This document shows positions 45,001 to 53,800 of a stretch of DNA of 64,000 bases, one piece after another. This stretch comes from a virus. The DNA lies in IMG/VR virus record IMGVR_UViG_3300025168_000038, positions 32,001-96,000 of that record. One strand, given 5' to 3'. Both the position numbers and the translations under genes were made by a program. Numbering within the stretch: the first letter of the stretch is position 1; each line of letters opens with the position of its first letter. Below the pieces are notes generated by a model. That model did no database searches. It was not told where the DNA came from and was given only the letters and a program-made list of their open reading frames with translations.

Positions 45001-45355
45001 TAGCATCATTATATGATCCAGTCCATACCATATCATACACTACTTCATCATCCTCAAAAAATGGTGCAAATGCTGACTTAGCAGCTTGTACATTTTGTTC
45101 TAAAGAAAGATCCATACCAGATATTTTTTCTAGTGATGGTCCTAATTTTTCAGCATATTGTCTTTGATACTCTAAGCTGTTTGGGTTAGTAAGTGGTGAA
45201 TATACAACTTTATTATATAAATCATTCTGTGCTTTCCACCCTGCATCATATTTAGCCTGACGTGCATCTAATGTAGCAGACAAAAATTTATAGTCTGGTG
45301 TAAATGGTTTTATGTCTGGGTAAAAATTCTTTTGTCCTTTAATGTATGTTGCCAT
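42044..45355 (-). CDS. Virion cargo/ejected protein (1103 aa)
   Basis: Helical and acidic; lies directly upstream of the vRNAP, as cargo genes do in crAss-like phages. Confidence 0.65.
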   Translation of the reverse strand: MATYIKGQKNFYPDIKPFTPDYKFLSATLDARQAKYDAGWKAQNDLYNKVVYSPLTNPNSLEYQRQYAEKLGPSLEKISGMDLSLEQNVQAAKSAFAPFFEDDEVVYDMVWTGSYNDAIKKYQNLASSNNQETRELANSEVSLRKLEIDRRKFMEAGRGELQSQPLPELILDADLVQNAQKYLSELDPGLTISLPIPNIKDTGKVDGQGNPILMEDKNFIITQKNGSLVEGPAYEQIMSALIDDPRVQKFYNAKSYVQAYDFAETMVGKGVFATEQEGLNAWASEQISRIENKNLEYQTKKEYELRKQNEVNVNWDNYAANHGIVPGSLDENIKNQNLSDAERMKIDLDRLFKLNQFAATSDPDDEALFNKAMALLSNYNIDTDVRKAARQFSMREMEVTQEQNNFELENLKYTNKWNLQVQKAEIDADAATIKYKRDQSLKLMELGGIDYAQQMRNTVQDVKGLGATFAVDKNNNFVGTDNPLEMDVIAIQERGNELLTERLGMLEEMIAGSGLYDVPDRPGFYTVPLVENPDPNQPEDYYTANLQDVVKKLSNRQLDDDQLETDNYQYANGIESLFGDLQKYYTDATGAHANGIDTSPNSPFMSISNKLFNSGTSITTPGLSTQIELYNTAVDLAMKDQYDKARLIELALSNTNKKDLTPAEKNIHLLLENGYIFPIDNDSKSIMTEEQFKDANMARIQSGDIDPNKTIDFYGIFNNDDLMTTKQVLKSQDELDMMSRYGNDKFSSPYKFVTAFDENQLDKNLGKIYKRFKADINKLMSTTPSRTFMNNSQGLGAIPASNIRFDVANSSDLTLAPKAGSTQNKFLGDFYAQINSNKASGSGNYGFIGTTIGSEDSDDFVDILTADAMDVSSTKSKAAMYIYDRITNEQSLGADKLAMRLTFYDSYGPEIRDKTGELQNEPYAAYELSNFSQELIKALTDKDNSVYPADVDASDVTEVLRSGFTYIFPRSSTIKANPLGYDVTQSNTTLEKRIASTNNNILTIDPSAYAAPYFAGNAGHGSFSFQKVGGRINVNGYLNHYESDATKFPKGYRQEPISTILGGEQENKTGYDEYYDYVLGILSKQKINNDAAYTAKSKESKNN

Positions 45356-45414
45356 AATTCAAAATTAATATAATTTATTAAGTTTACTAATATTAGTTAA
45401 TAAACCTTTATTGT

Positions 45415-48219
45415 TTAACGCCCCATCTTTCCTACTGTCATCCAGTATGGGTATGCTGTACGTTTAAGTTTAGTCATGCCTCCTTTTTTTGCAGTAGGTT
45501 GATTCACATCTGTTCTTACGCTTGGTACATTATATTGCTCAAAAGGATTATCATCATCTTTATTTGCATTCTTCTTACTATTCTCTCCCATAATAAGTTG
45601 TATATAATCTATTTTATTTTTTTCATCTTTTACTCCTTGTTCATCTGCTTTGTTCCATAACCTAAGTACTTCCTCTTCTCTTTTCTCACTTTCAGTTCTT
45701 TGATCTGTTTTTGCATTTGGATTATTAGTAGAATCAGTAAATGTATTTAAACCATATAGTTCAGGTCTAATTTGGAATTCAGGAGATTTGGTTTTATTAA
45801 GGTTAGAAGTATTGGCCATATTAGTTTGCATAGTGTTCCACAACTCATTACTTTTAATAGTATCCCAGTTCTTAAAGTCAGTAAACCTTTGTAAAGCTAA
45901 ATTAGTACCTTCATCTTGTAACTCTCTTTGTTTCATATTAAACTGATTGTTTCTCATGTTTAAATCAGCATTTACTCTTCCAGCTTGATTAATAATGTTA
46001 ATGTTATTTGTATTAGTCTTATTAATAGCATCCTCACTTAAAGCTACAGCTTTACCAAAGTCTGATCCAGCTACTGCACCTCTACCAAAAGCTTTCATAG
46101 CATCTAGCTTAGAATTTAAAGCTGCATTAATATTATTTACTTTACCTGTCCAGTCATCTAAAGCTATATCTAATTGTACTGGTGGTGCTTGTCCTAATAC
46201 TGGTAATATTAAAGGATTATCTAATCTATTTTGTGCTGCTATATTATTAACATCTTGCATCCATGGCATAGGTCTTTCAGGAACAAATTCATCATTTAAT
46301 TTAGGATCTGGAGTATCAGCAGGATCATCTAATGAACCAATTATAGTATTAGCTTGAGGATTAGCAAGATACCTTCTGTCTATATTATATGTATGTAAAC
46401 CTAATACACCATCTATATTAGTTCCCCCTCTATCACCAGCAAATAAATTTCTAGGTTCTAAACCATGTTTTTCAGAAAACTCATTATCTAACCTTTGCAT
46501 ATTTTCTTGAACAGTAGTCCATTGTTTTGTATACGCTGGATTTTTTCTTCCTGCTGCTCTATCTGCTTCATTCAAATATAAAGGTGTATTATAATCAAAA
46601 CCTTCTTCAGGTATAGCATCACCCCATCTTAATTCAAAATCTTCTTGAAACTTTGGGTCAGATAAATCTGCACCTGCGCTCATTTGTCCTGCAGAACTCT
46701 GTTGCTCAGGTCTATTACCTCCAGAAGCTATACCTCTTCTTACTTTAACTTGTGGATAACCCTCTAACGTAGCTATAACTTCATTATCATTATCTGTATA
46801 TATAGGAGTTTCACCTGTTCCAGAAGTAGTTACTGTTACTTGTTGTGATTCTTTAATTTCATCTAATGGATTTGGTTCCTTTTCAACTAATGTAAACTCT
46901 CTTCTTTTTTTAACAGCATCATAATATTCATTTATACTTATAACATTGCCTCTATCTATAGCATCTGCAAACTGTTGATAATTAGGGTGTCCTTCTGGAA
47001 AAGGGTTATCATCCTTACCATATACTTTAACATCTTCTGTTTCATTAACAACTACATTATTACCATTCTCAGTAACCTCTTCCTCTATACTTTCTCTTAT
47101 AGATAAATCTCCTTGAAATCTTTCTTTATTAATTTCAAAATCTAATGGATCATAATCTTTTATATCTATTAAAGCTTTACCATATAAAAGCTTTTCTTCA
47201 TCAGTTAACATTTCAACAAATTTTTGATCAACTTTACCTTGCATATTTATATGCATACCTCCTCTAATTCTACCTTCTATATATTGTTCTCTGCTTACAT
47301 TTTGTCCATTAAGCTTATAATTTGTAGTTTTCTCATTATTACCTTCTTGAGCTTTATCTAATTCAGTACCATACATTGCCATTTGTTCTACTGGTCCTAC
47401 ATTACCTTGTGGATTGCCTTCTTGTGGTTGTTCTTGATCTTGCATCTGAGCCATCATCTCTTGTAGCATAATTACTTGTGCTTGTTGTTCCGGAGGTAAA
47501 CTAGCTATTGCATTTAGCTCTGCTTGTTTTTTAGTAATGTCTTCTACTTGTGCAGTAAATTTAATAGGGTCTATACCCTTTTCAGTTAAATAAGGATATG
47601 CGGCTAAAGGTACACCTTCTTCAAAATTCTTTTTAAGTTCTTGACCAAATGCTAATTTAGACAAGTTACCCATATTCTTTTTAAGCATAAGCTCAGCACT
47701 TGTAGTAGATATATCATCTGCATACTGATCATTAATAGCTGCTAAATATGGATTGAGCTGATACTTTTTAGATATGTTAGCTGGTGTTTTTCTTTTTCCT
47801 GTCTCTATACCAAACTCAGCCATCTCATCTTTATTAAACTTCATTTTGTTTGTATCTGAATAAATAAATGATTGTTCTGGTAAAAACATAGGCACGCCTC
47901 CACCTGTATGTCTTGGTCCATTAATATCATATAAACCAAACTGACCATTACTATTTAAATCAGCCAATACTGTTTCTCCACCTTCTGCTTCAACATTAGC
48001 ATCTTCTCTTGGTACACCTGTTAAACTATATCTAACATCACTATCTAAACTATTATTAAAATTAGTAGATCCATAATACTCTTGAGGAGTTGTAACTAAA
48101 CCATAATCAGCTTGATCTCCTGTAACATACCCACCATCTTTTTTAACTTCAGTTTTTTTAAGTTTTCCATCAACTAATTCAAAACCATCAGGTAATTTAT
48201 TTATCTTTATTTTTGCCAT
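45415..48219 (-). CDS. Virion cargo protein (934 aa)
   Basis: NVEAEGGETV...GPRHTGGGVP...FIYSD domain, IDGVLGLHT (PG-binding-like), Gln/Asn coiled coils and xxxxGG motifs. Confidence 0.7.
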   Translation of the reverse strand: MAKIKINKLPDGFELVDGKLKKTEVKKDGGYVTGDQADYGLVTTPQEYYGSTNFNNSLDSDVRYSLTGVPREDANVEAEGGETVLADLNSNGQFGLYDINGPRHTGGGVPMFLPEQSFIYSDTNKMKFNKDEMAEFGIETGKRKTPANISKKYQLNPYLAAINDQYADDISTTSAELMLKKNMGNLSKLAFGQELKKNFEEGVPLAAYPYLTEKGIDPIKFTAQVEDITKKQAELNAIASLPPEQQAQVIMLQEMMAQMQDQEQPQEGNPQGNVGPVEQMAMYGTELDKAQEGNNEKTTNYKLNGQNVSREQYIEGRIRGGMHINMQGKVDQKFVEMLTDEEKLLYGKALIDIKDYDPLDFEINKERFQGDLSIRESIEEEVTENGNNVVVNETEDVKVYGKDDNPFPEGHPNYQQFADAIDRGNVISINEYYDAVKKRREFTLVEKEPNPLDEIKESQQVTVTTSGTGETPIYTDNDNEVIATLEGYPQVKVRRGIASGGNRPEQQSSAGQMSAGADLSDPKFQEDFELRWGDAIPEEGFDYNTPLYLNEADRAAGRKNPAYTKQWTTVQENMQRLDNEFSEKHGLEPRNLFAGDRGGTNIDGVLGLHTYNIDRRYLANPQANTIIGSLDDPADTPDPKLNDEFVPERPMPWMQDVNNIAAQNRLDNPLILPVLGQAPPVQLDIALDDWTGKVNNINAALNSKLDAMKAFGRGAVAGSDFGKAVALSEDAINKTNTNNINIINQAGRVNADLNMRNNQFNMKQRELQDEGTNLALQRFTDFKNWDTIKSNELWNTMQTNMANTSNLNKTKSPEFQIRPELYGLNTFTDSTNNPNAKTDQRTESEKREEEVLRLWNKADEQGVKDEKNKIDYIQLIMGENSKKNANKDDDNPFEQYNVPSVRTDVNQPTAKKGGMTKLKRTAYPYWMTVGKMGR

Positions 48220-48221
48220 AA

Positions 48222-50747
48222 TTATAAAATTTCTATATCAGCTCCTGCTGCTATTAATTGTATTAGTAAGTCCTGATCTACATCCATTATATCTCCACCC
48301 ATTTGATTTTTTGGTATGGTCATAAATGATACACCACTCATGTTAAAAGGATCATTAGGTATAATATCAAAAATATTATTGTAATCTACATTACCATCAA
48401 ATCCGGCATCATACATTTTATTATTAAGTGCACGTCTTCTACCTGCAGGATTTGGGGAATAAGACCCACTACTAATAATAGTGTCATTATCACTATTGAA
48501 ACCATGATTTTTTATCATATTTTCAATAATACTTTTTGTTTCTTTCTTGCTAAAATTACCACCTGCATTATTAAATGCTTTTTTATACTCTTTATTACCA
48601 TCTTCTGCTTTAGCCATTTCTCTTTTAATAACTCTATCTCTGTTTGCTAAGTATGCTGCCTCACCACCTTCTTTTGCTTTATCTTGTTCAGCTATTGCTG
48701 CTTTGATAACTCTATCTCTATTAGCTAAATAGCTTTCTTCACCGCCACTAGCCATATTGCTAAGTATATTATGCTGTGCTTCTGGTGGTAAAGCTTTAAA
48801 TCCATCATTGTTCACTCCTCCTCCTTTTTTACTAAACTGAGTTGTCATAAAAGGATTAAACGTAGCTTCATCTAAACCTACTACTCTGTCCTTTGTACTT
48901 CTTAACATGCCTGTATTTGTTTTGTAGTTACCTTTTGAACCAGGAGCATCAGTTACAACACTTGCCCAATTGTCTGCCATAAACATATCTTGCCTGTCTT
49001 CCTTGGCTTTTTCTTGATTTATTCTATTATAAATATTATCATTAGCAAAACTAGCAGCATCTACACCTACTTTTGATAAACTTGTTCCTATTCTAAAAAA
49101 TGGATTGTCACCTATTTCAGTTAACATTCCAGCTAAGCTATTTGTCCTTTCTGATTCAGGCATATTTATTTTGCTATATACATCAGCTGCTGTTTGTACA
49201 TTATTTACAGCTCCTTCTGTTGACGCATCTGCAATAACTGGATCTACTTCTTCCATTCCTTCTGCATTAGAAGTGGTGTAGTTAGCCATATCAAAAGGAG
49301 TTCCGTCAGAAAGAAATTCTAAAACTTCACTTTCTTCTTCTGTAAAAGGACCTCCGCCCCCTTCTTGTAATTTTGGATATGTTTTATTATAAGATTCTAA
49401 ATATTGATCATATAATTTTTGATTAAAATCACTACCCATCATTTTATTATTTTTGTCTAAACCAATAGATTGAAAATATGATTCTTGATCCATCAACTCT
49501 GGAACTATACCTGATGCTTCAGAAATATTATTATCATAATCAGATTTTAATTTTCTTTGTTTTTCTTCTTCTTCAGCTAATGTTAAAGCTTTGTAATCTT
49601 CTATATTCTTAAGATTTTCATCTGATAAATCATATGTTGTTTTTTTACCATAGTATAAAGGACTAGCAGTACTAGCATAATCTACTTTATCTTTTAATCC
49701 GGCAAAAGCACCTTTTTTTAAATTATTCTCACCAACCTCTTTACTAAATAACTCTTGGTTTATATCACTAGCTAAACCTAAACCTTCTAATAGTATATTA
49801 CCTTCAGGGTTTATATTTTGAAAAAAGTCTCCCATGTTATAACTATTATTAGCCACAGGTTTAGAATACTGCGTTGGATTATCTATAAACATTCCAATTT
49901 CATCTCCTGTTGCTTTACTACCATACCACTCCATAAAACTTCTTGGCTCACCACCATAATCTCTAAACCTTGAGTCTAAAGTATATTTTCTGTTAGGAGG
50001 ATTATAAGAGCCTTCTCTTTGTCTTACACCTTCTGTATAATCCATTCCTCCTCCATTTCCAGCAAGATGGATATAACCCTTTTCACCTAATTCAAGATGT
50101 TGGTCATGTGTCATAGCCATTACACCATCATCTCCTTTATACATCATGTGTGGTTTAAACTCACCACCCTCTTCTTTTTTCCAACCAGCTGCATTCTTTG
50201 CAAAATTAGCCATCTTAACTACAGACGTAGGGTATGCATCAGTATTGTCCATAACTTTATTATATGCTTCTGAAACACTCATACCACGTGCTTTAGCCCA
50301 TCTAGTAAACTTACCTCTATTCTCTGGTTCAATTTCTATTCCTGATTTAGCAAAACCAGGTATTGTATCTTGTTTAGGTTTACTGCTTTCTAATGCTTCA
50401 TTTCTAGCTAAAAGCTGAGGACTAGAATTAACTTCTTCTGGACTAGATGGCCCAGGAGGTTGTGCTTTTACACTTACTTGTTGAAACAAAGTCATTATAT
50501 CTTCTTGTTGCATACCACCCATCATAAGTGCTTGTGCAATAACTTGTTGATCAACTTGTTGTTGTGAAAGTTCTAAGACTATATCAACTATATCCTTACC
50601 TTGATTTACTGAAGAAGATATTATTTCTGTAACTTGTTGAATCATAGGATCCACTACAGGCTGCTGATTACTCATAGCTGGTTGACTAGGAATCATTGCA
50701 CCGCCTTGTTGTTTTACACTTTTTTTGTTTAATTTCACTTTGCTCAT
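48222..50747 (-). CDS. Modular virion cargo protein (841 aa) with about 11 xxxxG(G) junction motifs
   Basis: Short modules such as IEIEPENRGKFT...ANFAKNAAGW and FKPHMMY are separated by the motifs. Confidence 0.7.
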   Translation of the reverse strand: MSKVKLNKKSVKQQGGAMIPSQPAMSNQQPVVDPMIQQVTEIISSSVNQGKDIVDIVLELSQQQVDQQVIAQALMMGGMQQEDIMTLFQQVSVKAQPPGPSSPEEVNSSPQLLARNEALESSKPKQDTIPGFAKSGIEIEPENRGKFTRWAKARGMSVSEAYNKVMDNTDAYPTSVVKMANFAKNAAGWKKEEGGEFKPHMMYKGDDGVMAMTHDQHLELGEKGYIHLAGNGGGMDYTEGVRQREGSYNPPNRKYTLDSRFRDYGGEPRSFMEWYGSKATGDEIGMFIDNPTQYSKPVANNSYNMGDFFQNINPEGNILLEGLGLASDINQELFSKEVGENNLKKGAFAGLKDKVDYASTASPLYYGKKTTYDLSDENLKNIEDYKALTLAEEEEKQRKLKSDYDNNISEASGIVPELMDQESYFQSIGLDKNNKMMGSDFNQKLYDQYLESYNKTYPKLQEGGGGPFTEEESEVLEFLSDGTPFDMANYTTSNAEGMEEVDPVIADASTEGAVNNVQTAADVYSKINMPESERTNSLAGMLTEIGDNPFFRIGTSLSKVGVDAASFANDNIYNRINQEKAKEDRQDMFMADNWASVVTDAPGSKGNYKTNTGMLRSTKDRVVGLDEATFNPFMTTQFSKKGGGVNNDGFKALPPEAQHNILSNMASGGEESYLANRDRVIKAAIAEQDKAKEGGEAAYLANRDRVIKREMAKAEDGNKEYKKAFNNAGGNFSKKETKSIIENMIKNHGFNSDNDTIISSGSYSPNPAGRRRALNNKMYDAGFDGNVDYNNIFDIIPNDPFNMSGVSFMTIPKNQMGGDIMDVDQDLLIQLIAAGADIEIL
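48596..48760 (-). repeat. Tandem duplicated module GGE..YLANRDRVIK
   Basis: MASGGEESYLANRDRVIKAAIAEQD / KAKEGGEAAYLANRDRVIKREMA / KAEDG; also visible at DNA level (ataactctatctct x2). Confidence 0.85.
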
Positions 50748-50757
50748 ATTATATTAT

Positions 50758-50768
50758 TAATATACAAA
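50758..50768 (-). promoter_or_regulatory. Late-promoter-like TTTGTATATTA
   Basis: Same core as the 17993/18068 repeats, 10 nt before ATG 50747. Confidence 0.55.
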
Positions 50769-50810
50769 TAATTAAGGAGATTCACTAATATTTAAGGTTT
50801 AACAATCATC

Positions 50811-53800
50811 CTAAAGATGCGTCATTATATAGTTTGGTACACTCATACCCATTCTCCTTGCATCATTTAAATGTATTCTATTTAGTTTATCATATATATT
50901 ATTGGCTTCCTGACTTTTTACTTTTCCGTTAATATAGTTCTTATAAGTATTTAACATCTCTGACTCACCACCTTTTTTATATGGTAGTAAATCTTCTAAA
51001 CTAAATTGTAAAAAACCTGTTTTACCTAATTCCTTTTTTGCTGCTTCCATGCTATTTGCAAAACTTTTTCTATTGCCTTTTTTAGAAACATTCTTATGCC
51101 CTTTTAACCATACATCTGCCATTGATAATTTACCATCTGCATAGTCTTTTAATACAGCTGGAGATTCAATTAAATTAGCAAAGAATAATGTATACTGATC
51201 TTTTGCACTTAAATCTAGTGCACTTTCTGCATTAAGTATATTTTCATTAAGTGTATATTTTATTCCTGTTTTTTTACCAGCTGCTTCAGCAACATTTTTA
51301 TATCTTGTTTTTGCAGTATCAAAAGATTCTGGTTCAAACTGAAACATTCCTCTTCCTAAGCCGTCTTTTTCTCCATCTTTGGTAATCTGTCTAGCTAGAG
51401 GGTTCATTCTTTGCTGGGGACCAGATTCATGAAAAGCTATATTATCAGCTAAATCTGTCCATGTTTTTTCATTACCCCCTCTACTCTCAACCATATAATC
51501 TATAATATTAGTAAGACCTAATACTTGATTATTTTTTTTATTTTGTTCATCTTCACTTACAATAATTTGAGATCTAGAAGGTATAAAACCACCATCTTGT
51601 TCTTGTGATAGTGCTGTACTAGCTCCAACAACAGGAATAGCAGCAGGTAATTTATTTAAAGCTCTAGAAAGAATCTCTCTGTTTTTTGCTGTTTTCTCAT
51701 ATAAATCTAATACTCTTGTGTTACTTAAAAAACCTGAGTTCTTTCCACCACGATCCCACCCATAATCATAAAAACCTCTAGGTTTATTAGCAAAACTAAC
51801 TTCAGCTTGTATAAGTTTATTTGGTGTTATCTTATCATAAATATTTTTTATAATACCTCTATCTAACATTGATTGTCTTAGTTCAGCTAAATATGATGTA
51901 GGTTCCTGACCACTACTTCCTTCTTTAAAATATTCCCATTGAGCTTTTCCTGTTTTACTTAAATTTGCAGATGGGGTAAGTTTTCTAGCATAATCATCCA
52001 AAGGCATTTTTCTTCCTGCTTGTAATAAGTGGTTTAGTTCATGTACTTCCACAGGTGCATTATTTGAATATTTCATACCTGTAGTCACTTTGCCTGGAAT
52101 AGATTCTTTGCCTAAACGTTTTAGATTAATTACCATATTTGGGTCTGCAAGATATTTATTATATAATTCATCTGGAAATGGCATTTCCACTCCTGTTACA
52201 GGATCTAAATATTTTTTAGGAACAAAATCACCTGTCTCATATACTGCTTTTCTTGGTGCGTTTTGAAACCAAGCGTTAAAATATAATCCATCATTATTCT
52301 TAAATAATTCTCTAGCTATATTATGATTAACATGTTTAGGATCACCTATTGCATCTTTCCACATTGCTAATGCATTATCATTAATAGTATTTCCTTTAGC
52401 TGATACTAACTCGTTATATCTTGCTAATGCATTTCTTTCTGCAAAAACTTTATTATATGGTTGTCCAACTGATTGAAGATATTTAGCTTCTGCTTCAACT
52501 AATCTTTCAAAACCTTCTGAGCCAGGTTTTAAATCATTTAATCTTTTTTGTATGGTAGCTCTAAAACTATCTGCACCTGCAGCTAACTGTTGTAAAGGCT
52601 TTTGTAAATTTGAACCTTCTGGCATAATATCTGCACCACCTCTACCTATGTGAGGCGGCCTTACACCTTTAACTGGTGTAATATCATCTAAATTTCTTGG
52701 TGTATTACCTGAATATTTTTTTACTTGATCTTTAATAAGACTAGGTGCTTTAGGGTTTATAAGTTTATTAATCATCTTAGGAAGCTCACCAATTTTAGCT
52801 CTAGACAACCAAGCAGGTATAACAGGTATAGCACCTAAAGCATTTAATGAACCTGATAAAATTTCACCTTCTTCAAAATCTCTTTTAGAATTTTCAGCAT
52901 ACTGTGCCCATGCAAATGGGTTAAAAACATCAACAAGCATATCTAAATTATTTCTTTCAGGATTAGAAACATTTAATCCTTTAGGAATAGGTTCATTACG
53001 TGCACTATAACCAAATGCTGTAAAAGGGCTAGCTAATTTATCAGCAAAATTTTTGTAATCAAAAATCTCTTTTTGAAATAAATTCTCATCACCTTGTCTA
53101 AACTCATATCCTTGTTGAGCCATTACAGGTTGATTAGGATTATTTTCTTGTACTAACTCATTAAAGTATATTTTCATTTTTCTTTCTACTTCAGGTCTTA
53201 AATCATTTATATCATTTTCAAGTCCTTTTCTATAATCAATAATTGATTTTTGATCAGCTATATTTTGTATATTATCAACACCTTCAACAAACTCTAATGC
53301 TTTATTATATTTTTTACCTCTTTTTGTTTTACTATTTTTAAGTAAATATTTAGCATTTTGATAAGGTGATTTATCTCCATAAGGACCATCCTCAAATGAA
53401 TATCTTTTATTATCCTGTAACCATGAATCATAAAAAGAATCTTGTTCATCAAAAGTACTAACATTATATCCTTCATCATATACATCTCTTAGTTTACGCT
53501 TATTATCATTTTTATCAAAGTTCTTTAAATCATTCATCATACCTTTAAGATTGCTAAACTCCATACTTTGAAAATGCAATTGTGCCTCACTATTATTTGG
53601 TACTAATTTTTCATTAGTATTCAACATTTTTTCAAACTGACTTGAGCCAAATTTTTCTTTATTATAATCCCAAATTCCTTCATCTAATAATCTACCTTCT
53701 GTTTCTGCTTTAGCTGAGCTTATTTCTGCAGGCATACCAGCATGCATATTAAAATCTTTAAAGTTCTCTTTACCAAATAAATCTTCATACACTTTTAATA

